A stretch of DNA of 64,000 nt from Candidatus Latescibacterota bacterium (GCA_965261395.1 OZ253462.1:3040001-3104000), one strand, 5' to 3'; numbered from the stretch's first letter, positions 36,250 to 46,782 are shown. Notes: a model not told the origin generated them from the letters alone. Numbers and translations: made by a program.

Positions 36250-37389
36250 ATGCTCATTGCCGTTTTTTGGGTCGCTTTATTCCTCGTCGTCTATACCTAT
36301 TTAATCTACCCGGTTTTGCTTTGGCTCTTGGGGGCCGGCCGCAAGATGCCCGAGTACGCGCCGCTGAGCGAATGGCCCACGGCGTCGCTAATCATTGCCG
36401 CGCACAACGAAGAAGCCGTATTGCGCGCCAAGCTAGAAAACGCACTGGCCACAGATTACCCGGCCGAGCGGCTCGACATCATCGTCGTCTCAGACGCCTC
36501 GACCGATGGCACCGATCGCATTGCCGCCGAGTTTGCCGAGCGCGGGGTACGGCTGCACCGGCAGGAGACCCGCGGTGGCAAGACCGAGGCGCAAAACGCA
36601 GGGGTGCGCTTGGCGCGAGGGCAGTTTCTCGCGTTCTCAGACGCCAACAGCATGTACGCGCCCAGCGCACTCAAGCGGCTGTTGGCACCCTTTGCCGACG
36701 AGCGGATCGGCTGCGTCTGCGGTGAGTTGCAATACGCCAACCCAGACGAGCAAGGCGCTGGCAAGGGCGAAGGCCTGTACTGGCGCTACGAGCAATTTCT
36801 CAAGCGCCGGGAGAGCCTGCTCAGTTCCACGCTGGGTGCCAATGGGGCGATCTACGCGCTCCGACGCGAGCTGTTCGTCGAACTGCGCGGCGACATTATC
36901 AGCGACTTTGTCGCGCCCCTGCACGCATGGCGGCGCGGCTTTCGCATCGCGTACGAACCAACGGCCGTTGCCACCGAGTACAGCAGCGTCCGCTTTGGCG
37001 ACGAGTTCCACCGCCGCCGCCGGATTGTCTCGCGCTCGCTCTACGGGCTGTGGACCGAGGTCGGCGTGCTCAACCCGTTCGCGCACTTTTTTTTTGCGCT
37101 TCAGATGTCTTCCCACAAGCTGCTCCGCTGGCTCGTGCCGGTATGGCTGTTGGTGGTGCTCGCGGTCAATGTCCCGTTGGCCGCGAGCGAGTACTACGGC
37201 CTCTTGCTCGCGCTGCAAGTGGCTTTCTACGGCTTGGCCGCGTTGGGCCTCTTGCTGCCGGAGCGGCTCGGGCGCTATTGGCTTTTCTACGTACCGGCCT
37301 ATTTCACCGCCACCAATTTGGGCACCTTGCTGGGGCTGCTGAGCTTTCTAACGGGTCGCCGCCACCGCGTCTGGCAACCTGCGAGGTAG
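36250..37389 (+). CDS. GT2 glycosyltransferase
   Basis: AHNEE, SDASTD, FSDAN, GANGAIYALR. Confidence 0.92.
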   Translation: MLIAVFWVALFLVVYTYLIYPVLLWLLGAGRKMPEYAPLSEWPTASLIIAAHNEEAVLRAKLENALATDYPAERLDIIVVSDASTDGTDRIAAEFAERGVRLHRQETRGGKTEAQNAGVRLARGQFLAFSDANSMYAPSALKRLLAPFADERIGCVCGELQYANPDEQGAGKGEGLYWRYEQFLKRRESLLSSTLGANGAIYALRRELFVELRGDIISDFVAPLHAWRRGFRIAYEPTAVATEYSSVRFGDEFHRRRRIVSRSLYGLWTEVGVLNPFAHFFFALQMSSHKLLRWLVPVWLLVVLAVNVPLAASEYYGLLLALQVAFYGLAALGLLLPERLGRYWLFYVPAYFTATNLGTLLGLLSFLTGRRHRVWQPAR

Positions 37390-37396
37390 AGCGTTT

Positions 37397-38851
37397 ATGT
37401 CGCGTCTGAAACGCATTGTCCTGCTGCTGTTGAGCGATACTGCTGCCGTCAGTTTGGCGTCGGTTTTCTTTTTGTGGATGAAGTTGGCCGGTGGCGCGCT
37501 GGAGACCGTCCGCCACAACTACGAGCGGCTTTATCCAGACGCGGTGGACGGGCCGACCTTCTGGTATGCGCTGGGCTATTACTCGGACGTGTTGCCGCTG
37601 ATAAGCGGTTGCTGGCTGCTGCTGTTCCTGTTCTTTGGCTTCTATCAATCCTCGCCCTCTAGTTCGCGCTTCGACGAAATTTTCGAGGTCGTCAAGGTCG
37701 TCACCTTGGGCATCTTGCTGGCCATGATCGCCACCTTTGACCGCGACATCCGCCTCACTCGGTTGCTGGTCTTGTTCTACTGGCTGGGCATGGTCGCGTT
37801 GGTGGCGGGTGGGCGGGTGCTGGTGCGCAGCTTTGAGCGGCAGCTCTTGCTGCGCGGCATTGGCCTCCGGCGCACAGCCATTGTGGGCGTGAACGCGCGC
37901 GGCATACGGTTGCTGCGCGCGTTGCGCTCGGCACCGGCGCAGGGGTATGAGATCGTGGGCTTTGTGCGGGCGCGCGGCGAAAAAGATCGCGGGGCTATTG
38001 ACGGCCTGCCCGTGCTCGGCGAAGTAGGTGATCTGCGAACCATCCTCGCGGCCGAGGGCATTGAGGCCGTGCTCATCGCCCTGCAATCCAATTCACACGA
38101 AGAGATCATGCAGATCGTCGAGGAGGCCGAGGGGCTGCCGGTCTCCTTCGGCATCACGCCCGACCTGTACGACATTGTGACCGGCCACGTGCGCACGACG
38201 CAGATCTACGGCGTGCCGCTGATGGAGCTCAAGCCCGAGCTGATGCCGACTTGGCAGCGCACGGTCAAGCGGCTCATCGACGTGGTGGTGGCCGTCGTCG
38301 TGCTGGCGGGTTTGGCCCCATTGTGGCTGTTGGTGGCCGCGGCGATCAAGCTGACCTCCAAGGGGCCGATTTTCTTTCGCCAAGAGCGCGTCGGCGAGGG
38401 GGGGCGGACTTTTGCGATGCTTAAATTTCGCTCGATGTACGTGGATGCCGAGGAGAAGACCGGCCCGGTGTGGGCCAAGGGTGCAGACCCACGGGTGACC
38501 CCGGTTGGCCGGGTGCTGCGCGCCCTGCACTTAGACGAGATTCCCCAGTGCATCAACTTCCTGCGCGGCGATATGAGCTTGGTCGGCCCGCGGCCCGAAC
38601 GCCCGTTTTTCGTCGAGCAGTTCAAGAATCAGATTCCCTTGTACATGCGGCGTTTTAACGTCAAGCCTGGCCTATTGGGCTGGGCGCAGTCCAAGCACGA
38701 GTTCGACCTCGATTCCAAGGACGTGGTGGGCATTGCTCGCGAGCGGCTGGAATACGATTTCTACTACATCGAGAACATGTCGCTCAAGCTGGACTTCAAG
38801 ATCATGCTGCAAACGGTGTGGTTCGTGTTGACGGGCAAGAGCACGCGCTGA
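37397..38851 (+). CDS. Undecaprenyl-phosphate sugar phosphotransferase (WcaJ/WbaP family)
   Basis: KRLID, KFRSM, DPRVT, LDEIPQ, MSLVGPRPE. Confidence 0.95.
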   Translation: MSRLKRIVLLLLSDTAAVSLASVFFLWMKLAGGALETVRHNYERLYPDAVDGPTFWYALGYYSDVLPLISGCWLLLFLFFGFYQSSPSSSRFDEIFEVVKVVTLGILLAMIATFDRDIRLTRLLVLFYWLGMVALVAGGRVLVRSFERQLLLRGIGLRRTAIVGVNARGIRLLRALRSAPAQGYEIVGFVRARGEKDRGAIDGLPVLGEVGDLRTILAAEGIEAVLIALQSNSHEEIMQIVEEAEGLPVSFGITPDLYDIVTGHVRTTQIYGVPLMELKPELMPTWQRTVKRLIDVVVAVVVLAGLAPLWLLVAAAIKLTSKGPIFFRQERVGEGGRTFAMLKFRSMYVDAEEKTGPVWAKGADPRVTPVGRVLRALHLDEIPQCINFLRGDMSLVGPRPERPFFVEQFKNQIPLYMRRFNVKPGLLGWAQSKHEFDLDSKDVVGIARERLEYDFYYIENMSLKLDFKIMLQTVWFVLTGKSTR

Positions 38852-39274
38852 TCTTTCCTCTAGTTTCGATGACGAAAACGACGACGCGATCAACGGCCTA
38901 TCTCGCCGATCGAGATACTCGAGAGAGACAAAATCCTGCTCGATGTTGTTTTTGCTCTGCGACGCCGAGATCTCTAGGCGCAGGCGGCCGAGCGCGCGAC
39001 CGAAGGTGACTTCAAACCCGGTGCCGGCATCCGCATCGATGGTGTAGCGCCAGCGGTAGCCCGAAAGCGTGGGGACGGGATCGGCAACGAAACAGGGGTC
39101 CGTCGGATAGCACACTGTGTCCCGATTCCACCCCTCTTGGTCTATGCTCGAACTCAGTGCAAGACCGGTCCCGACGCTGAAGTACCAACCGGATTGATCC
39201 GCTTCTGCACTGGCAGCACCAGCCGCTGCACCGGCGCAGATGAGGGCACACAGCATGATAAACGCAAATCGCAT
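38852..39274 (-). pseudogene. Probably truncated secreted outer-membrane beta-barrel-like protein
   Basis: Signal peptide, then SGWYFSVGTG and RLRLE; frame runs ~180 nt into the convergent gene without its own stop. Confidence 0.45.
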
Positions 39275-39420
39275 AGAGGAATTTCCTAGTGATAAAGATG
39301 GACTTAACGCCTGTGAGTTATTGAACGTCGAAATGTCGAGGCAGGTTTCTATTGGCTGCTGACGATGTGGCATCGTCCACAGCTTGGAAGGCGATTTGCC
39401 GCGCTTGCCACGGCCTTACC

Positions 39421-39786
39421 TCACGCCTTGAGCGCCAGATGGACGAGTGCCCAGACGCGGCCTTTGGAAATCCTCCCGGCTAGGCGCAGCCAGCCGCCGT
39501 AGTGGGACACTCGCACAAAGGACGGCTTGTCGAGCGTATGCTGTTGTACGACTAAGTTCATACGCGATCCTTCGTCGCACCAGTGGATGCCGTCGGGCGA
39601 GATCTGCACCTGTAGCTCGACATCGATCAAAGGCTTGGGGGACGAGTCCGCCGCTTCAGCACGGAGTATTCGCACGAAGAAAATCGCCTCGTGGCTCCAG
39701 CCAGCCTCGTACGGCTCGGTAGCAAACTCTCCCTCCCAGAGCTGATTGCGCTCCACGACGGCGGTGTGGCTCTGTCGCATATTCAT
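39421..39786 (-). CDS. Hypothetical protein
   Basis: ATGA coupling to the upstream gene; TEPYEAGW, QISPDGIHWCDEG. Confidence 0.75.
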   Translation of the reverse strand: MNMRQSHTAVVERNQLWEGEFATEPYEAGWSHEAIFFVRILRAEAADSSPKPLIDVELQVQISPDGIHWCDEGSRMNLVVQQHTLDKPSFVRVSHYGGWLRLAGRISKGRVWALVHLALKA

Positions 39787-40643
39787 GACATAGACTCCCC
39801 GGATAACAACACCGAGTCGATGTAGAGAAAGGCCCGTTTATCCATGTCGGCTTCGACCCAAAAGGCCGCGTTGAGCATACACCACAAATTGGCCATGGCC
39901 GGCAGTTCAATGCAGTGCATCCCCTCCGGCCCGAAGGTGTGATCGTTGCACTGAAACCCGGTGAAGGCCCGCCTTCTGAGGTCCAAGCCGACGCGCAGAT
40001 AGTGCCAGTTCATTTTGGTGGCGATTTCGTTGTAACACAAAAGCTGCGGCTCGCCCGGGACATCCTCCCAGCTCTCCGGCCCCAAGTGGAAATGCGATAC
40101 GGTCTTGCCGCTTGGGCCAATGGGCTGTACCGACCGGGTGGCGGGCTTAGTCTGCCAGCGTGCCCGGCGCTGGCCGCTCTCGGCGTTGAGGTAGCGCAAG
40201 TGGGGCATCCAGCGCCGCCCTTGGGAATTGCCGTCCTGCACGTCGAAGAGCACACCCCAAGCGCGAACATCCATTTCGCCGAGCTTGAGTTCGGACGCTT
40301 CGGGTTTGAACGCGAAATAGCACTCCAACTGCACTTGGCCCAGCGCCCGAAAGGTGTGCCGCTTGATGCCTACGGAAAGGCCGCCGGCCTGCGGGCGGGT
40401 GGCCAGCTTGAGGGCGTAGGTGCCCTCCATCGAGCCAGCCGTGCCCGTGTCCCACATCGTCAAGTTGCTCAACATGGGGGGCCGCAGGTCTTGGTAGTCG
40501 GGCAGCATGGTGTCGAGCGAGTCCTCGTAATTGCCGATCAGTCCGGTCCAGCCGTTCAGCCCCGCGTCGAAATCGTTGTAGCACAGAATGAGCTCGAGGG
40601 GGTCAAAGCGGCTCAACCGAGGATTGGCTAGCAATGATTCCAC
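39783..40643 (-). CDS. Conserved hypothetical protein
   Basis: GGAG RBS before GTG 40643; globular, Trp-rich composition. Confidence 0.75.
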   Translation of the reverse strand: MESLLANPRLSRFDPLELILCYNDFDAGLNGWTGLIGNYEDSLDTMLPDYQDLRPPMLSNLTMWDTGTAGSMEGTYALKLATRPQAGGLSVGIKRHTFRALGQVQLECYFAFKPEASELKLGEMDVRAWGVLFDVQDGNSQGRRWMPHLRYLNAESGQRRARWQTKPATRSVQPIGPSGKTVSHFHLGPESWEDVPGEPQLLCYNEIATKMNWHYLRVGLDLRRRAFTGFQCNDHTFGPEGMHCIELPAMANLWCMLNAAFWVEADMDKRAFLYIDSVLLSGESMS

Positions 40644-40692
40644 AGTATGCTCCGGTATTGGGGTGGATGGGATTCGATGAGCTCGCGCCAAT

Positions 40693-40725
40693 AAAAAACC
40701 CCGCCGAACAGTGCGCTCGGCGGGG
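40693..40725 (-). terminator. Rho-independent terminator
   Basis: CCCCGCCGA...TCGGCGGGG followed by T6 on the minus strand. Confidence 0.85.
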
Positions 40726-40751
40726 TCAGGACGTCTGATGAGGCAAGCGTC

Positions 40752-41240
40752 CTACTCGGCGGCTGTTGCTTTGACTTGACCCCAGCTTACGGCCTCAACA
40801 GCCGTGCTTATCTGGGGATCAATCCAGCGCGCGGGCACGATCGGCGACGAAACCCAGCGGCCGTTAATCAGGGCCTCCGCAGACACGCCATAAACCGCGG
40901 ACTCGGGATTCGGCAGCTTCATACTGTACTGCTCCCGATCTGGCAAGGCTTCCACACGGCCCCACGACACGAAGGTGGGCTGTGCTTCGGCGGGATCAAC
41001 GATCTCTTCACTGGCTTCGACTTCGATCTCATCGGCGTCGAAAACCTGCAAATAGATCGCGTAGCGGGTCGCGTCTTCGACATCCTCCCACTCGACCAGC
41101 ACGAACTGGGAGTGGGGGCTAGCAAGGCTGACCCGTACGTCGTCCGGTCCCAGAAGCTCCATGGCACCGTGAGGACATTGCGCCCAAGCCGCGCTCGCGA
41201 ACGCGAGAGCAACACCGGCCATTAGCATCCGCTGTTTCAT
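40752..41240 (-). CDS. Secreted protein with C-terminal TAVEAVSWGQVK motif
   Basis: AAGGAGG RBS, signal peptide ending AWA. Confidence 0.8.
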   Translation of the reverse strand: MKQRMLMAGVALAFASAAWAQCPHGAMELLGPDDVRVSLASPHSQFVLVEWEDVEDATRYAIYLQVFDADEIEVEASEEIVDPAEAQPTFVSWGRVEALPDREQYSMKLPNPESAVYGVSAEALINGRWVSSPIVPARWIDPQISTAVEAVSWGQVKATAAE

Positions 41241-41367
41241 AAGGGCACCTCCTTAAAAAGAGTGGATACTGCTTGCCAAAATACCATTATTCTCGGCAAA
41301 TTCCAAATTTTTTATCTCCACGGCGGCGACCGCCGCCTTCAAGGACGCTGGCAGCCGCAATCCGCCC

Positions 41368-42144
41368 CTACTTGTCGCCGCGTGGATCGGCGCGCAAGGT
41401 CGCTAGGTGGTCGTCGAGGACTTGCACGCCGTAGCGGAGGGCATTGCCGACGTTGAGGAAGCGATACCCCCAGCGAATCTTCTCCTGGATCTGGTCTAAT
41501 TCCCCCAGCGTAGTGCCCACGGCGATCCCCGTATCGGCTAGCTGCTGCGGCACGTCGCGCATGATTTCCTGCACTTGCCGCGACTCAGTATCGGTGATTG
41601 TCCCCACGGTCGCCGAGAGATCCAACGGCCCGACAAAAATCACGTCAATGCCGGGCACGCGCCTGATTTCGTCCAAGTTGTCGTAGGCCCGCTGGCTTTC
41701 GAGCTGGAGGACGACGAGCGTCTCCTCGTTGGCGGTTTTGATGACCTCGTTCCAGTCCGCGCCCGCGATTTGGGTCCACATGGGCGAGAGGCCGCGCCGG
41801 CCTTCGGGTGCGTAGCGGGCGGCCTCGACCGCGGCTGCCGCTTCTGCGGCCGTATCGACTTGGGGTACCATCACGGCTACTGCGCCCGCGTCGTACGCCT
41901 TTTTGATTAGCGCGGGGTCGTTCCACGCGACGCGCACCATGGGGGCGACGCCGCGCATCCGCGCCAGCACCAAGATCGAGTCGAGCGCTTCGGTGTCGTG
42001 GGGCATGTGCTCGGTGTCGGCCCAGAGGAAATCGGGACCGGTGGAGATGACCGACCCGGCCACGTGTGGGGTGGGAGCCGGCAGGCTGGTGCCGAGGATG
42101 ATTTCGCCGCTGCGCAGACGCGCTTTTAGGTTGTTGGGATACAT
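41368..42144 (-). CDS. HpcH/HpaI aldolase family protein
   Basis: DTEH, MVRV, RYAPEGRRG, QLES, FVGPLDLS. Confidence 0.92.
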   Translation of the reverse strand: MYPNNLKARLRSGEIILGTSLPAPTPHVAGSVISTGPDFLWADTEHMPHDTEALDSILVLARMRGVAPMVRVAWNDPALIKKAYDAGAVAVMVPQVDTAAEAAAAVEAARYAPEGRRGLSPMWTQIAGADWNEVIKTANEETLVVLQLESQRAYDNLDEIRRVPGIDVIFVGPLDLSATVGTITDTESRQVQEIMRDVPQQLADTGIAVGTTLGELDQIQEKIRWGYRFLNVGNALRYGVQVLDDHLATLRADPRGDK

Positions 42145-42161
42145 GGATAGCTCCGTTAAAA

Positions 42162-42971
42162 TTAGCCGTACAGTGAGTAGAAGATGCCGCCGCCGAGCAG
42201 GATGCGATAGACGGCAAACGCATAGGTGCCGTGGCGCTGGAGGAAGCGGAGGAGGAAGCCGATGGACAGGTAGCCGCTAACCGCGGCGGCGAGGATCCCC
42301 AACCCCAAACTCAGCATCCCGGCACCGCCTAGGCCTCCTTCGAGTAGGGCGAACAGTTGCAGGAGGCCGCTGGCCCCAATGGCCGGCAAGCCGAGCAAAA
42401 AGGAGAAGCGGGCGGCGTCCGCGCGCTGGAGGCCGATAAAAAGCCCGCCCATAATCGTCGAACCCGACCGAGAGCATCCGGGAATCAGGGCGAGGGCTTG
42501 GCACAGGCCGATCCACTGGATTGACCAGAAGCCGAGGTCTTGCAGGGAGCGCTCGCGCCGCCCCACGCGCTCGGCGAGTATCAAGCACAGCGCGAGGACG
42601 ATCAAGCTCGCGGCGATGATGGGAAGCTGGCGGGCCTCGGTCTCGATAAAGTCGCGTCCCCCGAGGCCGAGCACGGCAATGGGCACGGTGCCCACGGCAA
42701 TGGACCACGCCATGCGGCAGTCTGGGCTGTGGTTGAAGTTGCGGTGCATCACCCCTTGCAGCGCAGCGACGACTAGCCTTTTGATATCGGCCGTGAAGTA
42801 CGCGAAGACAGCCGCGAGCGTCCCCAGTTGGATCACCGCGGAAAACGCCGTGCCTGGATCGTCCCAGCCGAGAAAATGGGGGACCACCCGCAGGTGAGCG
42901 GTGCTGCTGATGGGCAGGAATTCGGTCAGGCCTTGAACTAGGCCTAAGATGAGTGCTTGCAGCCAATCCAT
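42162..42971 (-). CDS. uppP: Undecaprenyl-diphosphatase
   Basis: QGLTEFLPISSTAH, PGCSRSG. Confidence 0.95.
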   Translation of the reverse strand: MDWLQALILGLVQGLTEFLPISSTAHLRVVPHFLGWDDPGTAFSAVIQLGTLAAVFAYFTADIKRLVVAALQGVMHRNFNHSPDCRMAWSIAVGTVPIAVLGLGGRDFIETEARQLPIIAASLIVLALCLILAERVGRRERSLQDLGFWSIQWIGLCQALALIPGCSRSGSTIMGGLFIGLQRADAARFSFLLGLPAIGASGLLQLFALLEGGLGGAGMLSLGLGILAAAVSGYLSIGFLLRFLQRHGTYAFAVYRILLGGGIFYSLYG

Positions 42972-43088
42972 GGGAGGACTTAAGCTAACCGCCGCCGCCG
43001 GCCCGGACAAGGACGGCGCGCCCCTTGACAAAAACGCGGGCTGGTGTGCAGAATACCCACTCATTTTCACCGACAAAAAGGAGACCTC

Positions 43089-44288
43089 ATGCCCGTTCTG
43101 ATCAAAGACGTTCAAACCATCCTCACCCAACCAGCCGGCTCCCGCTTGGTCATCGTCAAGATTATAACCTCGGACGACGGCCTATACGGGCTGGGTTGCG
43201 CCACCTTCACCCAGCGCTTCCACGCCGTGCATACGGCCATCGAACAACACCTCAAGCCCTTCCTCATTGGCCGCGACGTGGATCGCATTGAGGAGACTTG
43301 GCAGATGGCCATGGTCAACAGCTATTGGCGCAACGGCCCGGTGCTCAACAACGCCATCTCTGGAGTCGATCAGGCGCTGTGGGACATCAAAGGCAAGCGG
43401 GCGGGGATGCCGGTGTACCAATTGCTAGGCGGCAAGTGCCGCGAAGGGGCGGCCGTGTACGGCCATGCAGGTGGTGAGACGCCCGAGGCTGTCGTCGATA
43501 GCATCCGCCAGTTCCAAGAGCAAGGCTATCGCTATATCCGCTGCCAGATGGGCGGCTACGGCGGCAAGGCATCGACTTTGGTCAAGCCCGAGGGCGCACC
43601 CGAAGGCGCGTATTTTAACCGCAAAGAGTACATGATGAACCACCTGCGGATGTTCGAGCACATCCGCGCAGAACTGGGTTTTGAGGTGGAGCTGCTGCAC
43701 GACATTCACGAGCGGCTGCACCCGATTGAGGCCGTGGGCTTTGCCAAAGACATGGAGGAGTTCAAGCTATTCTTCTTGGAGGACGCGCTGGCGCCCGAAG
43801 ACATCGAGTGGTTCCGCCACATCCGCCAGCAGTGCGCGACGCCGCAGGCCATGGGCGAGCTGTTCAACCACCCTCACGAGTGGACGCCGCTCATCGAAGG
43901 GCGGCTCATCGATTTCATGCGCATGCACGTCAGCCAGATGGGCGGGATCACGCCGGCGCGCAATGTCGCGGCCTTTGGCCAGATGTACGGGGTGCGCACG
44001 GCTTGGCACGGCCCGGGCGACACCTCGCCAGTGGGACACGCGGCCAACCTGCACCTAGATCTTTGGGCACCCAACTTCGGGATCCAAGAGTGGTGCCGGT
44101 TCCCGGAGCACGTGTACGAGATGTTTCCGGGGCTGCCCGAGGTGCGCAACGGGTACATGTATCCGAGCGACGGTCCGGGGTTGGGGATCGATATCGACGA
44201 GGACTTGGCGGCTAAGTATCCTTGTGCGAATGAGGTCATTGGGTGGACCCAGACGCGCTTGCCCGACGGCAGTCCGGCGCGGCCCTAA
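43089..44288 (+). CDS. Enolase-superfamily acid-sugar dehydratase (RspA/ManD-like)
   Basis: YWRNGP, ALWDIKGK, LLHDIHER, AWHGPGD; TTGACA at 43025. Confidence 0.9.
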   Translation: MPVLIKDVQTILTQPAGSRLVIVKIITSDDGLYGLGCATFTQRFHAVHTAIEQHLKPFLIGRDVDRIEETWQMAMVNSYWRNGPVLNNAISGVDQALWDIKGKRAGMPVYQLLGGKCREGAAVYGHAGGETPEAVVDSIRQFQEQGYRYIRCQMGGYGGKASTLVKPEGAPEGAYFNRKEYMMNHLRMFEHIRAELGFEVELLHDIHERLHPIEAVGFAKDMEEFKLFFLEDALAPEDIEWFRHIRQQCATPQAMGELFNHPHEWTPLIEGRLIDFMRMHVSQMGGITPARNVAAFGQMYGVRTAWHGPGDTSPVGHAANLHLDLWAPNFGIQEWCRFPEHVYEMFPGLPEVRNGYMYPSDGPGLGIDIDEDLAAKYPCANEVIGWTQTRLPDGSPARP

Positions 44289-44289
44289 G

Positions 44290-45483
44290 ATGAAAGTCCT
44301 AGTTTCCAATCTCGGCAGTACCTCGTTTAAGTACAAGGTTTTTGCCATGCCCGAAGAAGTGGTTTTGGCGCGCGGTGGCATGGATCGGATTGGGGGTCAA
44401 GGCTCGGTACACACCTTCCAGATCGGCGGGGCTGACGAGGTTGAGCAGGCCGTGGATTTGCCCGACCACGCCAGCGCGATTGACGAGGCCCTCACGCGCT
44501 TGGCCGAGGGCGGGGTGTTGGCGTCGGTGGAGGAGCTGGACGCGGTGGGATTTAAGGCCGTACACGCGCGCGCGATTTCCGGGGTGGTCGAGCTCGACGA
44601 GGACGTGGTGGGGCGGATGGAGGATTTTTATCCGCTGGCCCCGGCGCACAATCCCGCGTACGTGGCGGCGATTCGGCAGTTTGCGCGGGTGGCCCCCAAG
44701 GCGCGGCGGGTCGGGTGCTTTGAGACGGCCTTTCACGGGGCGATGCCGCAGCGGCGCAAAATGTACGCAGTGCCCTACGCTTGGTATGAGCAATACGGCA
44801 TCCAGCGCTACGGCTTCCACGGGGCCAGCCACCGCTACGCTGCTGAGAAGGTCGTGGAACTGGAAGGGCGTGCTGACCTCAAACACGTCAACATGCACTT
44901 GGGCGGCTCCTCGTCGCTGTGCGCGATCAAGGACGGAGTCTCGCAGGGAGCGTCGCATGGGCTTAGCCCGCAGGGGGGCCTGCCGCAAAATAACCGCATT
45001 GGCGACTTGGACCCGTATGCTCTCGACTTGGTGATGCGCAACGAGGATCGCCCGTGGGCGGAGGTGCTGGAGCAGTGCGCCAGCGAGGGTGGCCTGTTGG
45101 GGATATGCGGGCACAGCGACATGCGCGATATTGAAGCGGGTGCGGCAAGCGGCGACGAGCGCTGTGCCTTGGCCATAGCCGTGCTGGCGACGTCGGCGCG
45201 CGACTGGCTGGGGGCTTTTGCGGTGGAGATGGGTGGGCTGGACGCGATTAGCTTTACTGGCGGCATTGGCGAGTATTCGGCTGCCGTGCGCGGCCAGATT
45301 CTGCGCGACTTGGAATTTCTGGGGGTGGTGATGGATGAGGCTAAAAATGAGGACGTGCAAGGCGAGGGTAGTCTGCACGCCGCGGCGAGCCGAGTGCCCA
45401 TTTACGTGCTGCGCACCGACGAGGAATTAGTGGTGGCGCGGCAGACGTGTGAGTTTTTGAGTGTGGGAACGGGGGAAGTATAA
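44290..45483 (+). CDS. ackA: Acetate/propionate kinase
   Basis: NLGSTSFK, APAHNP, RYGFHGASH, FTGGIGE, TDEE. Confidence 0.92.
   Translation: MKVLVSNLGSTSFKYKVFAMPEEVVLARGGMDRIGGQGSVHTFQIGGADEVEQAVDLPDHASAIDEALTRLAEGGVLASVEELDAVGFKAVHARAISGVVELDEDVVGRMEDFYPLAPAHNPAYVAAIRQFARVAPKARRVGCFETAFHGAMPQRRKMYAVPYAWYEQYGIQRYGFHGASHRYAAEKVVELEGRADLKHVNMHLGGSSSLCAIKDGVSQGASHGLSPQGGLPQNNRIGDLDPYALDLVMRNEDRPWAEVLEQCASEGGLLGICGHSDMRDIEAGAASGDERCALAIAVLATSARDWLGAFAVEMGGLDAISFTGGIGEYSAAVRGQILRDLEFLGVVMDEAKNEDVQGEGSLHAAASRVPIYVLRTDEELVVARQTCEFLSVGTGEV
45387..45461 (+). repeat. Direct repeat, copy 1 (ackA 3' region)
   Basis: 70/75 identical to 47629-47703. Confidence 0.95.
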
Positions 45484-45516
45484 GCGAGGTTATTTCCAGA
45501 CGAAGGAGGTGTACTT

Positions 45517-46782
45517 GTGAAACTGAAATCTGTGGATATTGAAAACTATCGCGCCATTGAAAAGCTCTCGTTGTCGCTCGACCCGTCGCTGACGGTGTTG
45601 TACGGCGACAATGGGTACGGCAAGACGAGCATTCTGAGCGCGATTGCGGTGGGAGTGGGGAAGAGCCCAGAAATGTTGTTCGATATATCGGAGATTGATT
45701 TCCACGAAGAGGATCTGCGCGAGGGCGCGGAACATTCGCGAGTTTCGATCACCCCAATGGATGGGACCTTTTGGGAACACCAATCGGGACGGGAGGACGA
45801 CCAGATGAAGAAGCAGAGGCAGATTACCTTGTCTCGTTTTTTGGAAAGCCAGATCACAGGCAAGGTGGTCGATCTGCCGATTGCCGCCTTCTATAGTACA
45901 GATCGCATTATCTCGGGTCTGTCGAAGGTGCCAAGCGATCCCAAAGTCAAAATTCCTCGTACCGCCGCACTGAAGGGGGCACTCGACGCTCGTACGGACT
46001 TCGGAGGTCTCTTTACTTGGTTCTATTATAAGGAGGCCGAGGAGTTAAAAATACAGAGGGACCGGCGCGACTTCGATTATCAGCTAAAGGATATATCCGC
46101 GGTGCGCCAAGCGATCTCGTCCATGCTCCCAGAGGTGTCCGATCCACGCACCGAGTTGCATCCGCCCCGTTTTGTGGTGTCCTGGAAATCGGAGCAAGGA
46201 CAGGTGGAAAAGCTCTCGATCGACCAGTTGAGCGGTGGCTATCGCATTGTGCTCGCGCTCGCCGCCGATCTTGCCCGACGGATGATTACAGGCAATCCAC
46301 ATCGCGACGACCCGCTCGAATCCGAGGCAGTTGTCCTGATTGACGAGGTGGAACTGCATCTGCATCCAAAATGGCAGCAACGCATCTTGGGCGATCTGCG
46401 GCGGACGTTCCCGAATGCTCAGTTTATCGTCTCTACTCACAGCCCGCAGGTGCTGACTACGGTCGAGCCGCAGCGCATTGTGGAACTTGCTCGAGAAGGT
46501 GACCGCATTGTTGCGGGGGCACCGGCAGGGGCGACGTATGGGGCCGAGGCGGGGGATGTGCTTTCCGTGGTGATGGGCGTGAAAGAACGGCCCGAGAACG
46601 AGTTCACAAAAGCACTGGAACAATACCGGTATCTGATCAGGGAGGGACAGTGGGAGTCCGAAGAAGCCTTGGCTCTGCGAGCGAGTCTGGAGAGCATGTC
46701 TCCCTACGATCCGGCCCTTGATCGAGCTGACCTTGAAATCCGACGACGCAAGCTGTTTAAGCAGCGGGCCGAGTCGCCATGA
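45517..46782 (+). CDS. ABC-type ATPase, Septu PtuA-like
   Basis: GDNGYGKTS, LSGGY, LIDEVELHLHPKWQ, STHSP; AAGGAGG RBS. Confidence 0.85.
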   Translation: MKLKSVDIENYRAIEKLSLSLDPSLTVLYGDNGYGKTSILSAIAVGVGKSPEMLFDISEIDFHEEDLREGAEHSRVSITPMDGTFWEHQSGREDDQMKKQRQITLSRFLESQITGKVVDLPIAAFYSTDRIISGLSKVPSDPKVKIPRTAALKGALDARTDFGGLFTWFYYKEAEELKIQRDRRDFDYQLKDISAVRQAISSMLPEVSDPRTELHPPRFVVSWKSEQGQVEKLSIDQLSGGYRIVLALAADLARRMITGNPHRDDPLESEAVVLIDEVELHLHPKWQQRILGDLRRTFPNAQFIVSTHSPQVLTTVEPQRIVELAREGDRIVAGAPAGATYGAEAGDVLSVVMGVKERPENEFTKALEQYRYLIREGQWESEEALALRASLESMSPYDPALDRADLEIRRRKLFKQRAESP

